Source of the DNA: Armatimonadota bacterium
Lineage (GTDB): Bacteria > Armatimonadota > Fimbriimonadia > Fimbriimonadales > GBS-DC
DNA length: 64,000 bases
Direction of reading: 5' to 3'
Assembly (NCBI GenBank): GCA_037445735.1
Contig: JBBIJY010000012.1
Coordinates: 1-64,000 of the forward strand
The notes below the pieces were generated by a model. That model saw nothing but the letters and a program-made list of their open reading frames with translations. It had not been told where the DNA came from and searched no databases. Shown one piece after another: positions 55,488-64,000 of the stretch. A program made the position numbers and the translations under genes. The number at the start of each line of letters is the position of its first letter. Position 1 is the first letter of the stretch.

Positions 55488-56570
55488 TTACAGATTCCCG
55501 CGCAGTGCCTGCTCGCGCTCGATGGCTTCGAAGAGCGCCTTGAAGTTGCCCTTGCCGAAGCCGCGCGAACCCTTGCGCTGGATAATCTCAAAGAAGAGCG
55601 TCGGGCGATCCTGCACCGTCCTGGTGAAGGTCTGCAGCAGATAGCCCTCCTCGTCGCGATCGACCAGGATGCCCAGCTCCGCCAGCGCCCGAAGGTCTTC
55701 CTCAATCATGCCGACACGGTTCGGCAGGTCCTCATAGTAGGTCTGGGGCACATAGATGAACTTCATCCCGCGCGCTCGCAGGTGGCGCATCGTCTCAAGG
55801 ATGTTGTCGGTCAGCAGGGCGATATGCTGGACACCCGGTCCAGCGTTGTACTCCAGATACTCTTCAATCTGCGACTTGCGACGCCCTTCGGCAGGCTCGT
55901 TGATGGGCAGTTTGATCTTGCCACGACCGTCCTGCACCACCTTCGACATCAACGCGGAATACTCGGTGCTGATGTCCTCGTCGGAGAAGTGAACCAGCAG
56001 CTCGAAGCCCATCACCTCGCGATAGAAGTCGACCCAGTAGTTCATCTTGCCCAGTTCCACATTGCCGACGATATGGTCGATCTCCTTCACGCCGATGGGT
56101 TCGCCCGGTTCGTACATCTCCCGGAAGCCCGGCATGAAGACGCCCTTATAGCGGTCGCGGTTGATGAAGGTGTGGATTACATCGCCGTAGGTGTGGATGG
56201 AAGCCAGATGCACCTCGCCGTCGTCATCCTTGATGACGGTTGGCTCCTGGCAGCCACGCGCGCCGCGTCGCACCGCCTCACTGTAGGCGCGGGCGACATC
56301 ATCCACCTCGAAGGCGATATCGCACACGCCGTCGCCATGCTTGACCAGCCAGTCGGCTTTGGGATGGTCACCCTTGTAAGGCGCGGTGATGACGAAGCGG
56401 ATCTCGTTCTGCTGCAGCACATAGGAGGCTTCATGTCGGACACCTGTCTCCAGCCCAGCGTACGCCACCACATCGAAGCCGAACATGGTGCGATAGAAGT
56501 ATGCCGCTTGCTTCGCGTTGCTCACGAAGAAGCGCACATGGTCGATTCGCCGAATCGGCATAAAGTCCAT
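55488..56570 (-). CDS. hppD: 4-hydroxyphenylpyruvate dioxygenase
   Basis: HGDGV, IDHIVGNV, SQIEEYL, GVQHIAL, LLQTFT, FFEIIQR, GFGKGNFKALFEAIE. Confidence 0.95.
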   Translation of the reverse strand: MDFMPIRRIDHVRFFVSNAKQAAYFYRTMFGFDVVAYAGLETGVRHEASYVLQQNEIRFVITAPYKGDHPKADWLVKHGDGVCDIAFEVDDVARAYSEAVRRGARGCQEPTVIKDDDGEVHLASIHTYGDVIHTFINRDRYKGVFMPGFREMYEPGEPIGVKEIDHIVGNVELGKMNYWVDFYREVMGFELLVHFSDEDISTEYSALMSKVVQDGRGKIKLPINEPAEGRRKSQIEEYLEYNAGPGVQHIALLTDNILETMRHLRARGMKFIYVPQTYYEDLPNRVGMIEEDLRALAELGILVDRDEEGYLLQTFTRTVQDRPTLFFEIIQRKGSRGFGKGNFKALFEAIEREQALRGNL

Positions 56571-56674
56571 CAAACTCACCTCCTCGCTCAGTGTCTGGCT
56601 CTCCCCTGCGAGAGCCAACAGGCATTATACCCCATTGTAGCGGTGCATTGGTATTGGCTGCATGCTGGAGAGAT

Positions 56675-57238
56675 TTATCCTCTCCAGGCTGCCTTCTGGA
56701 TCACCGAAAACCTGTCTGCTTTGCCGAAGTCTTCATAGAGTTCTTTTGTCAACGAGCCTTCGGGATAGTTCGTTTTCTCCTGTATGAAAATCAGTTCTGT
56801 GACGACCAGCAGGAACTCCACGCTGTACTCGCCAACCGCGTCGAGTTTTTTGAAAGGTTGCTCATTTCCTGGCTTGTAAACCTGCAACGCTGGTGGGAAA
56901 CGGTCGATGGGTCTAACCTTATCAAAGAGACTCACAAGATAGTCGCGCAGCTGATGGGTCAGCTGCTTATCATAGGCTTCTTTCACATATAGCTCCACAA
57001 TCAGATGGATATGTTTGGGGGTGCGAGATTTTGTGGAATATCGTCTATCCTTATACTTTACTACAAAGTCATTGCTCGATTTGCGTCCTTGAGAAACAAA
57101 AATTTCCACGCCCTCCTGGGTGGTGTGAATCTTTACAGTTGGTGTCATCCGTCGCGACAGCGTGTACAAAATCGTGCGCAGCGTTTCAAGCACCCGTTCC
57201 AGAAACCGACCGATGCGGTAGCTATCTTGCCTGACCAT
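56675..57238 (-). CDS. Hypothetical protein paired with the DNA methyltransferase (start may be 57148)
   Basis: Lower GC; DFVVKY, RTPKHIHLIVELYVK, GEYSVEFL, ELIFIQEKTNYP; adjoins or overlaps the MTase stop. Confidence 0.65.
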   Translation of the reverse strand: MVRQDSYRIGRFLERVLETLRTILYTLSRRMTPTVKIHTTQEGVEIFVSQGRKSSNDFVVKYKDRRYSTKSRTPKHIHLIVELYVKEAYDKQLTHQLRDYLVSLFDKVRPIDRFPPALQVYKPGNEQPFKKLDAVGEYSVEFLLVVTELIFIQEKTNYPEGSLTKELYEDFGKADRFSVIQKAAWRG

Positions 57239-58169
57239 CGAGCATGCTCTCCCGGAACTTACGGATATCTTCATCCTCAGCGGGTTTGCGAAAAACGAAC
57301 AGATGTTCATGGAAAATGAGCAGGAAGTCGCGATCGGGCTGTTTACTCCATCGCTCGCGCGTCGACTTCATCCTCCACTGCACCTTGATAATGTCCTCAC
57401 GCAGGATAAAGCCCGCTTTTAAAAACCGTTCCATCACCCGGTAGGCGATGGGGATGTAGTGCTTGTGTCTGCGTGTGTCGCCAATCAGGATGGCGCAGTG
57501 TTTATTTGGCTTCAGCACGCGGAAACATTCGTGGGCAACCTGCTCCATTGCGTCCAGAAAATCGGCAACCGAGCGGAGCCGAGATAGATCGCCCTCGATG
57601 GATTTCTGGCTGGAATACCGAATGATTCCCGCATATGGCGGATGTGTTGCTACGAGATCAACACTGTTGTCTGGTATCAGGTTTAAGTTGCGGGCATCGC
57701 CGTGATAAATCCGAATCTCCGAGTCAGGGAGCTGTTCATATAGGCTGGCGGGTTCGAAGTTCAAACGGTCAAAAGTGAGCATAAGCGAATCGAAGTTAAT
57801 ATCGATGCCGATGCCGTTCCGTCCAAGCAGTCGGCACTCGACAAGCGTGGTTCCGCTGCCAACCATCGGATCCAGCACCCATTCACCTAGCTCAGTGTAG
57901 CGCAGGATCAGGTTGCGCGGTATCTGCGGCGCCCAGTTGCCACGATAATTGCCCTGATGCGTTGCCCAATCCCCTCGCTCAGGGAACGACCAGACAGTGG
58001 TCAGTTCTGGCTCAAATGCCTCTGGCTGCAGGCGCTCCACCTGCTTGCGCCCTGTAAGCGGGATACATACATCCTCAATCACCACTTCCCGCCGTTGATT
58101 CAGGAACTCGTTATACACATCCCAGTCCAGTTCGCGCATCAGAACCGTATCAGGTCGGGTCGCTATCAT
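57222..58169 (-). CDS. Amino (N4C/N6A-type) DNA methyltransferase
   Basis: SAM motif VLDPMVGSGTT, catalytic motif THPPY, RVLKP; own TATAAT at 58187-58192. Confidence 0.85.
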   Translation of the reverse strand: MIATRPDTVLMRELDWDVYNEFLNQRREVVIEDVCIPLTGRKQVERLQPEAFEPELTTVWSFPERGDWATHQGNYRGNWAPQIPRNLILRYTELGEWVLDPMVGSGTTLVECRLLGRNGIGIDINFDSLMLTFDRLNFEPASLYEQLPDSEIRIYHGDARNLNLIPDNSVDLVATHPPYAGIIRYSSQKSIEGDLSRLRSVADFLDAMEQVAHECFRVLKPNKHCAILIGDTRRHKHYIPIAYRVMERFLKAGFILREDIIKVQWRMKSTRERWSKQPDRDFLLIFHEHLFVFRKPAEDEDIRKFRESMLDGQAR

Positions 58170-58244
58170 CGCTCATCCTCGAAGAGATTATACCCCCCAG
58201 ATTTTTTTATGCATGGTACAATCCCTCTCTGGAGGTGGATTCCG

Positions 58245-59753
58245 ATGCGAGGGAGTCGATGGTTGTGTGGTTTGGGTGGATTGCTGACAGGGATGGGGCT
58301 GCTGGCGCTGCCAGTGAGGGCAGCCGACAACGCGCTCGTTTCCTCGACGCGCGAACAGGTCACGCTGACCATCTACGACCAGAACTTCGCCCTTGTGAGT
58401 GAACAGCGTCCGCTAACGCTGAAGCAGGGGCTGAACGAGGTAACGCTGCTGGAGGTTTCCCCACTGCTGGATACGCAGTCGCTGTTGTTGCAGTGGCTGG
58501 GTCGTCCGTCGCCAATGCCAGAAATCGTTGCGCACACCTACGATCTGGGCATTCAGAACAGCAGTTCGCTACTGCAGCGCTATGTTGGCAAGCGCGTGCA
58601 GGTGGTTCGCTACGGTCAGGATGGTCGCCCGGCGGGTGTGCTGGAGGGCATATTGCTTAGCGCCGAGGGCGGTCAGCTGGTGCTGGAGGCGACGGAGACA
58701 TCATTTGTTGCCGCTCTGGCGCCGGACCTGCTCCAGCGCGCTCTCTATGTGAACCCTGAAGGCACGCTGCGTCTGCCGATGGAGCCGGGCACGCCGTTGC
58801 TGCCTGCTCTGTGCCTGCAGATTCATGCGCCTGCGGACAGCAACGCCACGCTGACGCTGAGCTACCTCACGGGCGGATTGGACTGGGACGCCGATTATAT
58901 CGCCATCCTGCGCGGGGAGAACGCGCTGCGCCTGGAATGCTGGGCGACCGTCACGAACCAGACGGGGCTGGCGTTCCGCGAGGCGCGGGTGAACCTCGCC
59001 ACAGGTGTGGCAGCGCCGCTAACGGTGCAGACAGCGCAAAGGTTGGGCAGGCGTGAAGAAGAGCGCATGATGGAGGGCTATGCATTCAGGGCGGTTCCCA
59101 GAGGGCGGTACATAGAGGCGCAGCCGCTCGGCGAGGTCTACTCGTACCCGATTCGGCGCACGGTGTCCATCGACGACGCGCGTCAGAGCCGCCTGCTGTT
59201 GCACGAGGCGGGTCAGGTACCTGTCCAGAAGCGTTATCTCTATCGGGCGCCGACGCTGTGGGCAGATAGCGCGCCCTACATCGGCAAGGAGGTGCGTCGT
59301 AACAGCGCCGAAGTCTCGCTCGTGCTGGAAAACCGCAAGGAGCATGGGCTGGGCATCCCGCTGCCGAGCGGAAGCGTGCGCCTGTATGAGACCGACGCGC
59401 AGGGCGTGCCGCGCTATCTCGGCACCGCTCAACTGCCTGCCACGCCCGTCAACCAGAAAATCACGCTCACCGTCGGGCAGGCGTTCGACATCACGGGCGA
59501 GTGGCAACCCCTGCGCCAGACCGCGCGCGGCAGGGGCAGAGTGGAGTACGAGGTGTAACTCACGCTCCGCAACGCCAAAAATCGCCCCGTGCCAGTGCGG
59601 GTCGTTCAGCCCTTCAGCGGCAGCTGGACAATCCTGAAAGCCAGCCATTCCTATACCCGCGCGTCGGCGACCGCTGCCCAGTGGGCGCTGACCGTGCCAG
59701 CGAATGGCGCATTACAACTGCGCTTCACGGCGGAAGCGCGCGCCCTGCAATAG
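58245..59753 (+). pseudogene. DUF4139 domain protein interrupted by an in-frame TAA at 59556-59558
   Basis: LTIYDQNFALV, LSYLTGGLDW, GLGIPLPSG; after the TAA the same frame continues for 64 aa (LTLRNAKNRPVPVRVVQPFSGSWTIL...VPANG) to TAG at 59751. Confidence 0.75.
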
Positions 59754-59811
59754 GCAGGATTCAGATGCCCAGAATCGAACAACCGTTCGATGCAGGAGGT
59801 GAATACCAACG

Positions 59812-61389
59812 ATGCGACATTTGGCACTGGTGCTGGGCGCTCTGCTCTGCCTGATGAGCTGGGCGCAGAACCTGCAGGCAGGCGCCGCTGCGAGCAAAAT
59901 CACGCCCAGCAAGCAGGTCTATCTGGCGGGCTACTCGCCCAATCGCCCCAATAAAGGGGGCGTGCATGACGACATCTGGGTGCGGGCGCTTGTGCTGCAA
60001 ATCGGGCAGGAGCGCATCGCGATTGCTGTGTGCGACCTGATCGGACTGCTGCGCGACGATGTGCAGAAAATCCGTCAGCGCGTGCGGAATGTGCCGCCGA
60101 ACCGCATCATCGTCGCCAGCACCCATGTGCATTCGGGTCCCGACACCATCGGGCTATGGGGTCCCCAGCCAACGGTGTCTGGGCGCGATACTGAGTATAT
60201 GAGCTTCCTCATCGAAACGGTTGCCCGCACCATCGATGAGGCAGCGAGCAAGCTGCAACCTGCCACGATGGGCTTCGCCAGAACGCGCGTGGAGGGCATC
60301 TCCACCAACTATCGGGTGCGGGAGATTCTGGATACCGAAGCGGCGGTGCTTCAGGTGCGCAGTAAGGCTGATAATAAGCCCATCGCGACGCTCACCAACT
60401 TCGCCTGCCACCCCGAAGTGCTGAACAACGACCAGCTGACCGCCGACTTCCCGAACTGGTTCTATCGCACGGTGGAGGCGCAGGGTGGCGGCGTGGCAAT
60501 CTTTGTGAACGGTGCGCTGGGCGGCATGGTCTCGCCTGCAGAAGACCCGAACTATCAGGGTGAGAAGGGCAAAGACTGGGCACGCGCCGAACGAATGGGA
60601 ACCCTGCTTGCCACCCGAACGCTCGAAGCGGTCAAAACGATGAACTTCACTGATAATGTGGCGTTCGAGCATCGGAGCCAGACCTTCAGCGTGCCGCTGG
60701 AGAACGAGCGGTTCAAGCAGGCGGTCGCGATAGGGGTCATTCCCAAAGGCGAATCGCTACAGAACGACACGCTGACCACCGAAGCGCACCTGTTCCGAAT
60801 CGGCAACGCCGTCTTCTTCACCATGCCAGGCGAGGTGCTGCCCAATATCGGCTTCCTGCTCAAGAAGCGGCTGAGCGCGTACGGCGACCCTGTGTTCCTG
60901 ATCGGGCTGGGCAACGACGAGCTGGGCTATATTCTGAGCGAAGAGGACTACTGGCTCGATCTGTACGAGTATGAGCGCAGCATGTCGGTCGGCTCGCAGA
61001 TTGGCGAGCAACTGATAGCGACAGCGAAACAGCTGAGCGAGGGCTGGACGCCCATCGCCAGAGGAGGTGCCGGTGTGGCGCAGGTGGAAGCTGAACTGCA
61101 GAAGTACCTGTCGCGCTTCCGCCCGGAGCGCGCGGGCGCGTTGAAGGCAACTTACCGCTTCATCCTGGAAGGTGGTGGCGAATATTATCTGCGCATCGCC
61201 GACGGCAAAGCCACCTTGAGCAAGGAGGGCAACCCTTCGGAAGCGCAGGTCACTATCCGTGCGCCCGCCCAGGTGTTCCTCGATGTGATCACGGGCAAAC
61301 GCAACGCGCTTGACGCCTACAACACGGGCGAGCTGCAGGTGGAGGGCGACATCGGGCTGGCGCAGTACCTGCTCTATGTGTTCGAATAG
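59812..61389 (+). CDS. Neutral/alkaline ceramidase-like secreted hydrolase fused to a C-terminal SCP2 domain
   Basis: Signal peptide, VHDDIWVRAL, STHVHSGP, NFACHP, PGE; C-terminal YYLRIADG...DAYNTGELQVEGDIGLA. Confidence 0.72.
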   Translation: MRHLALVLGALLCLMSWAQNLQAGAAASKITPSKQVYLAGYSPNRPNKGGVHDDIWVRALVLQIGQERIAIAVCDLIGLLRDDVQKIRQRVRNVPPNRIIVASTHVHSGPDTIGLWGPQPTVSGRDTEYMSFLIETVARTIDEAASKLQPATMGFARTRVEGISTNYRVREILDTEAAVLQVRSKADNKPIATLTNFACHPEVLNNDQLTADFPNWFYRTVEAQGGGVAIFVNGALGGMVSPAEDPNYQGEKGKDWARAERMGTLLATRTLEAVKTMNFTDNVAFEHRSQTFSVPLENERFKQAVAIGVIPKGESLQNDTLTTEAHLFRIGNAVFFTMPGEVLPNIGFLLKKRLSAYGDPVFLIGLGNDELGYILSEEDYWLDLYEYERSMSVGSQIGEQLIATAKQLSEGWTPIARGGAGVAQVEAELQKYLSRFRPERAGALKATYRFILEGGGEYYLRIADGKATLSKEGNPSEAQVTIRAPAQVFLDVITGKRNALDAYNTGELQVEGDIGLAQYLLYVFE

Positions 61390-61454
61390 CCCCCTCACCC
61401 GTACCCTCTCCCCCAAAGGGGGAGAGGGCAACATTTCCCCGCTGGGGTGAGGGG
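61390..61454 (+). repeat. REP-like element with a closing inverted end
   Basis: CCCCTCACCCGTACCCTCTCCCCC-AAA-GGGGGAGAGGG ... GGGTGAGGGG. Confidence 0.85.
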
Positions 61455-61457
61455 CAT

Positions 61458-61493
61458 AAAAAACCAGCGGGGAGTGCCGCTTGCACTCCCCGC
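61458..61493 (-). terminator. Intrinsic terminator of cspA
   Basis: GCGGGGAGTGC/GCACTCCCCGC stem followed by a U-tract on the minus strand. Confidence 0.8.
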
Positions 61494-61520
61494 CTTCGGT
61501 CGCTCCGTCTTCAGACTGCT

Positions 61521-61721
61521 TTACTTCGGGACAACATTGCGCGCCTGCAAGCCCTTCGGTCCCTGAACAACCTCGAACTCGACCGGCTGCCCCTCGTACA
61601 GCGTCCTGTGCCCCTGCATGCTAATTGCAGTGTGATGCACAAAGACTTCACGACCGTCGTCGGCTACGATGAAGCCGTAGCCCTTCTGGTCGTTGAACCA
61701 CTTTACTTTACCCGTGACCAT
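61521..61721 (-). CDS. cspA: Cold-shock protein
   Basis: GKVKWFNDQKGYGFI, VFVHHTAI, GPKGLQARNV; AAGGAGG RBS. Confidence 0.93.
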   Translation of the reverse strand: MVTGKVKWFNDQKGYGFIVADDGREVFVHHTAISMQGHRTLYEGQPVEFEVVQGPKGLQARNVVPK

Positions 61722-61869
61722 CATTAACCTCCTTCCGGGCGCAGACGGACGGGTGACCGCCTGTCCCGTTTGTGATACAAAGCTATTATACCCGATGCGC
61801 ATCGCGATTCCTGCCTTTTGTCAAGGGGTGTGCAGGATAGCCCTGATTGCCTGCCGAATCACCTCGCTT

Positions 61870-62838
61870 ATGAGCCAGGTTCGCATCGGTTTTGTGGGCA
61901 CGGGCGGTATTGCGCAGGCGCATTTTGACGCGCTCTCGCGCATAGAGAATGTTCAGCTGGTCGCGTTTTGCGATGTGGAGGCAGCGCGGGCGGAAGCGGC
62001 GGCAGGGCGGTTTGGCGGGCGTGCCTACACCGATTGGGAGCGCATGCTGCGCGACGAATCGCTCGACGCGCTCTATGTGTGCGTGCCGCCTCATGCGCAT
62101 GAGGGCATCGAGGAACGGGCAGCGGAGAAGGGCATCCATCTGTTCGTGGAGAAGCCGGTCGCCCGCACGCTGGAACGCGCCCGCCAGGTCGAAGCCGCCA
62201 TCCAGAAAAAGGGCATTCTGAGCTGTGTCGGCTATCACTTCCGCTACTTTGGCTCGACCGATCGCGCCCGCGAGCGGTTGCAGGGGCTGCCCATCGTGAT
62301 GTCCATCGGCTACTGGCACGGCGGGATGCCCGGCGTCGGCTGGTGGCGCAAGCACGCGCTCTCAGGCGGGCAACTGATTGAGCAGACCACGCACATCGTT
62401 GACCTCGCCCGCTATCTGGTGGGCGAGATTGTGCAGGTGCATGCTTATTTTGCGCAGGGTGTGGTGCCGCTGCCCCATCCCGATGGTGATGTGAGCGAGG
62501 CGGGCGTGGTCGCCCTGCGATTCGCCAGCGGCGCGGTCGGCGTCATCACCAACACCTGCATCCTGAACACGCCCGGCGAGATTGCCCTCAAAATCTACTC
62601 GCCCGATCGGGTGCTGGAAGTCGGCTGGGGACGACTGGTGGAGATTGAGTCGAACCGCCGCGAGGAGTACACCTCGCGCGATAATCCCTACCTGACCGAG
62701 AATCGCACCTTCATCGAGGCGGTTCGCACGGGCGATGGGCGTGTCATCCGCTCGCCCTACTCGGACGGTGTGCGCACGCTTGCCGTTACGCTGGCGGCGG
62801 ACGAATCGGCACGCACGGGTGTGCCCGTTTCGGTATAA
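61870..62838 (+). CDS. Gfo/Idh/MocA family oxidoreductase
   Basis: GFVGTGGIA, HLFVEKP, GGQLIEQTTH. Confidence 0.9.
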   Translation: MSQVRIGFVGTGGIAQAHFDALSRIENVQLVAFCDVEAARAEAAAGRFGGRAYTDWERMLRDESLDALYVCVPPHAHEGIEERAAEKGIHLFVEKPVARTLERARQVEAAIQKKGILSCVGYHFRYFGSTDRARERLQGLPIVMSIGYWHGGMPGVGWWRKHALSGGQLIEQTTHIVDLARYLVGEIVQVHAYFAQGVVPLPHPDGDVSEAGVVALRFASGAVGVITNTCILNTPGEIALKIYSPDRVLEVGWGRLVEIESNRREEYTSRDNPYLTENRTFIEAVRTGDGRVIRSPYSDGVRTLAVTLAADESARTGVPVSV

Positions 62839-62847
62839 TTCTTGCCA

Positions 62848-63642
62848 ATGCTGCTGGCAATCGATGTGGGCAACACGCACACCGTGTTCGGCGTGCATGA
62901 CGGCTCGGCGTGGCGTGCCTGGCGCGTGCAGACTAATCCCGCTCGCACGGAGGATGAGCATTATGTGCTGTTGCGGTCGCTGATGGCGGCGGCGGGGCTT
63001 CAGGAGCCGATTCGGGCGGTGGTGGTGGCGTCGGTCGTGCCCGCGCTGGATGACACCCTGCGACTGCTGTGCCAGCGCTGGCTGCTGTGCGAGCCGCTCT
63101 TCGTCTCGGTTCAGCTCGATCTGGGCATTGAGGTGGCTTACGAGCCGCCGACGGCGGTCGGCGCGGATCGGCTGGCGAACGCGGTGGGCGCGAAAGCGCT
63201 CTATGGCACGCCCGCGATTGTGGTCGACTTCGGCACGGCGACCACGCTCGACGCCCTCACGCGGCAGGGCGTTTACTGGGGCGGCGCGATTTTGCCGGGC
63301 GTGGAGCTGATGCTTGAATCGCTGGCAGGGCGCACGGCGCGATTGACGCGCGTGTCGCTCAGCGGCGCGGTGAACCCCATCGGGCGCAACACCGCCGAGA
63401 GCCTGCGCAGCGGCACCCTGCTCGGCTCCGCCGGCGCCGTCGAATATCTGATCACGCTTTTCAAACAGGAGCTGGGTGAAGACGCGCAGGTGGTGGCAAC
63501 GGGCGGCTTAGCCCCCCAGATCGCCCCCTGCTGCCCGCAAATTCAAAAAATAGACCTCTTCCTCACCCTCGAAGGCATGCGCCAGATTTATGAGCGGAAT
63601 CGCGAAACCCTTTCTTCTAATCAGGTACCTGCCCAGGGGTAG
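62848..63642 (+). CDS. coaX: Type III pantothenate kinase
   Basis: LLAIDVGNT, VGADR, VVDFGTATT, GGAILPG, ATGG, LTLEG. Confidence 0.93.
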   Translation: MLLAIDVGNTHTVFGVHDGSAWRAWRVQTNPARTEDEHYVLLRSLMAAAGLQEPIRAVVVASVVPALDDTLRLLCQRWLLCEPLFVSVQLDLGIEVAYEPPTAVGADRLANAVGAKALYGTPAIVVDFGTATTLDALTRQGVYWGGAILPGVELMLESLAGRTARLTRVSLSGAVNPIGRNTAESLRSGTLLGSAGAVEYLITLFKQELGEDAQVVATGGLAPQIAPCCPQIQKIDLFLTLEGMRQIYERNRETLSSNQVPAQG

Positions 63643-63733
63643 AGGGGTATCATTGAAAATACAGCGGAACCCGGACATCTGGCTCATTGAAGCTGGTCGT
63701 GCCCCAAGCCTATCGAGCATGGAGGTAAGGAGC

Positions 63734-64000
63734 ATGGGATATGAGCCGAATGCAGGGATCAGGAGGAGCATAAGGTGGGCAGATCGGGCTGCCAGGCGCC
63801 ATGTGAGTTGTGTGTCGCTCATGCTCACCCTGGGTGTGGCATTGATAGGCGCAGCGAATGCCCAGAGCCTGACCTGGCTGGGCACTATCCCCGATGGTCA
63901 GTGGAGCGCGGCTTCCGATGTCTCAGCTGATGGCACAACCGTGGTTGGCGTTGCTTTCAATGCCAGCAACCAATCCCGTGCCGCCTACTGGACACCACTG
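63734..64000 (+). CDS. Partial secreted HAF-repeat protein (runs off the window)
   Basis: AAGGAG RBS, signal peptide, AQSLTWLGT, SAASDVSADGTTVVG. Confidence 0.7.
   Translation, partial: MGYEPNAGIRRSIRWADRAARRHVSCVSLMLTLGVALIGAANAQSLTWLGTIPDGQWSAASDVSADGTTVVGVAFNASNQSRAAYWTPL

Overview
A GC-rich bacterial chromosomal segment with about 55 tightly packed CDS and no rRNA, tRNA, CRISPR array or intact prophage or IS that I can see. The gene content (PEP-CTERM protein, tandem prepilin/DUF1559 H-X9-DG genes, DUF3084, DUF4838, HAF-repeat protein, flagellar rod genes) suggests Armatimonadota; this is inference only. Housekeeping genes (acyl-CoA ligase, CCA enzyme, ispH, secDF, pncA, tsaD, trpD, glmM, grpE, nuoA/nuoC, flgF/flgG, fadN-like, comM/yifB, htrA, nfo, hppD, cspA, coaX) sit in scrambled operons among accessory modules. 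The most notable observations are: (1) a 132-aa, nearly charge-free S/T/N/Q-rich pseudo-receiver gene behind a near-perfect sigma28 promoter; (2) a REP/MITE-like palindrome family with in-frame insertions inside two genes; (3) an 80-bp AT-rich recoded patch inside spoVR; (4) a DNA methyltransferase with an unknown partner gene, a MenAT-like nucleotidyltransferase pair, and an Rpn nuclease; (5) a structured htrA upstream region with an anti-SD loop and a 29-bp promoter duplication; (6) stop codons that double as the next gene's -10 box, and leaderless starts; (7) an unannotated 49-aa membrane ORF coupled to a degenerate YchF; (8) a nonsense-interrupted DUF4139 gene. All family calls come from motif recognition by eye, not database searches.
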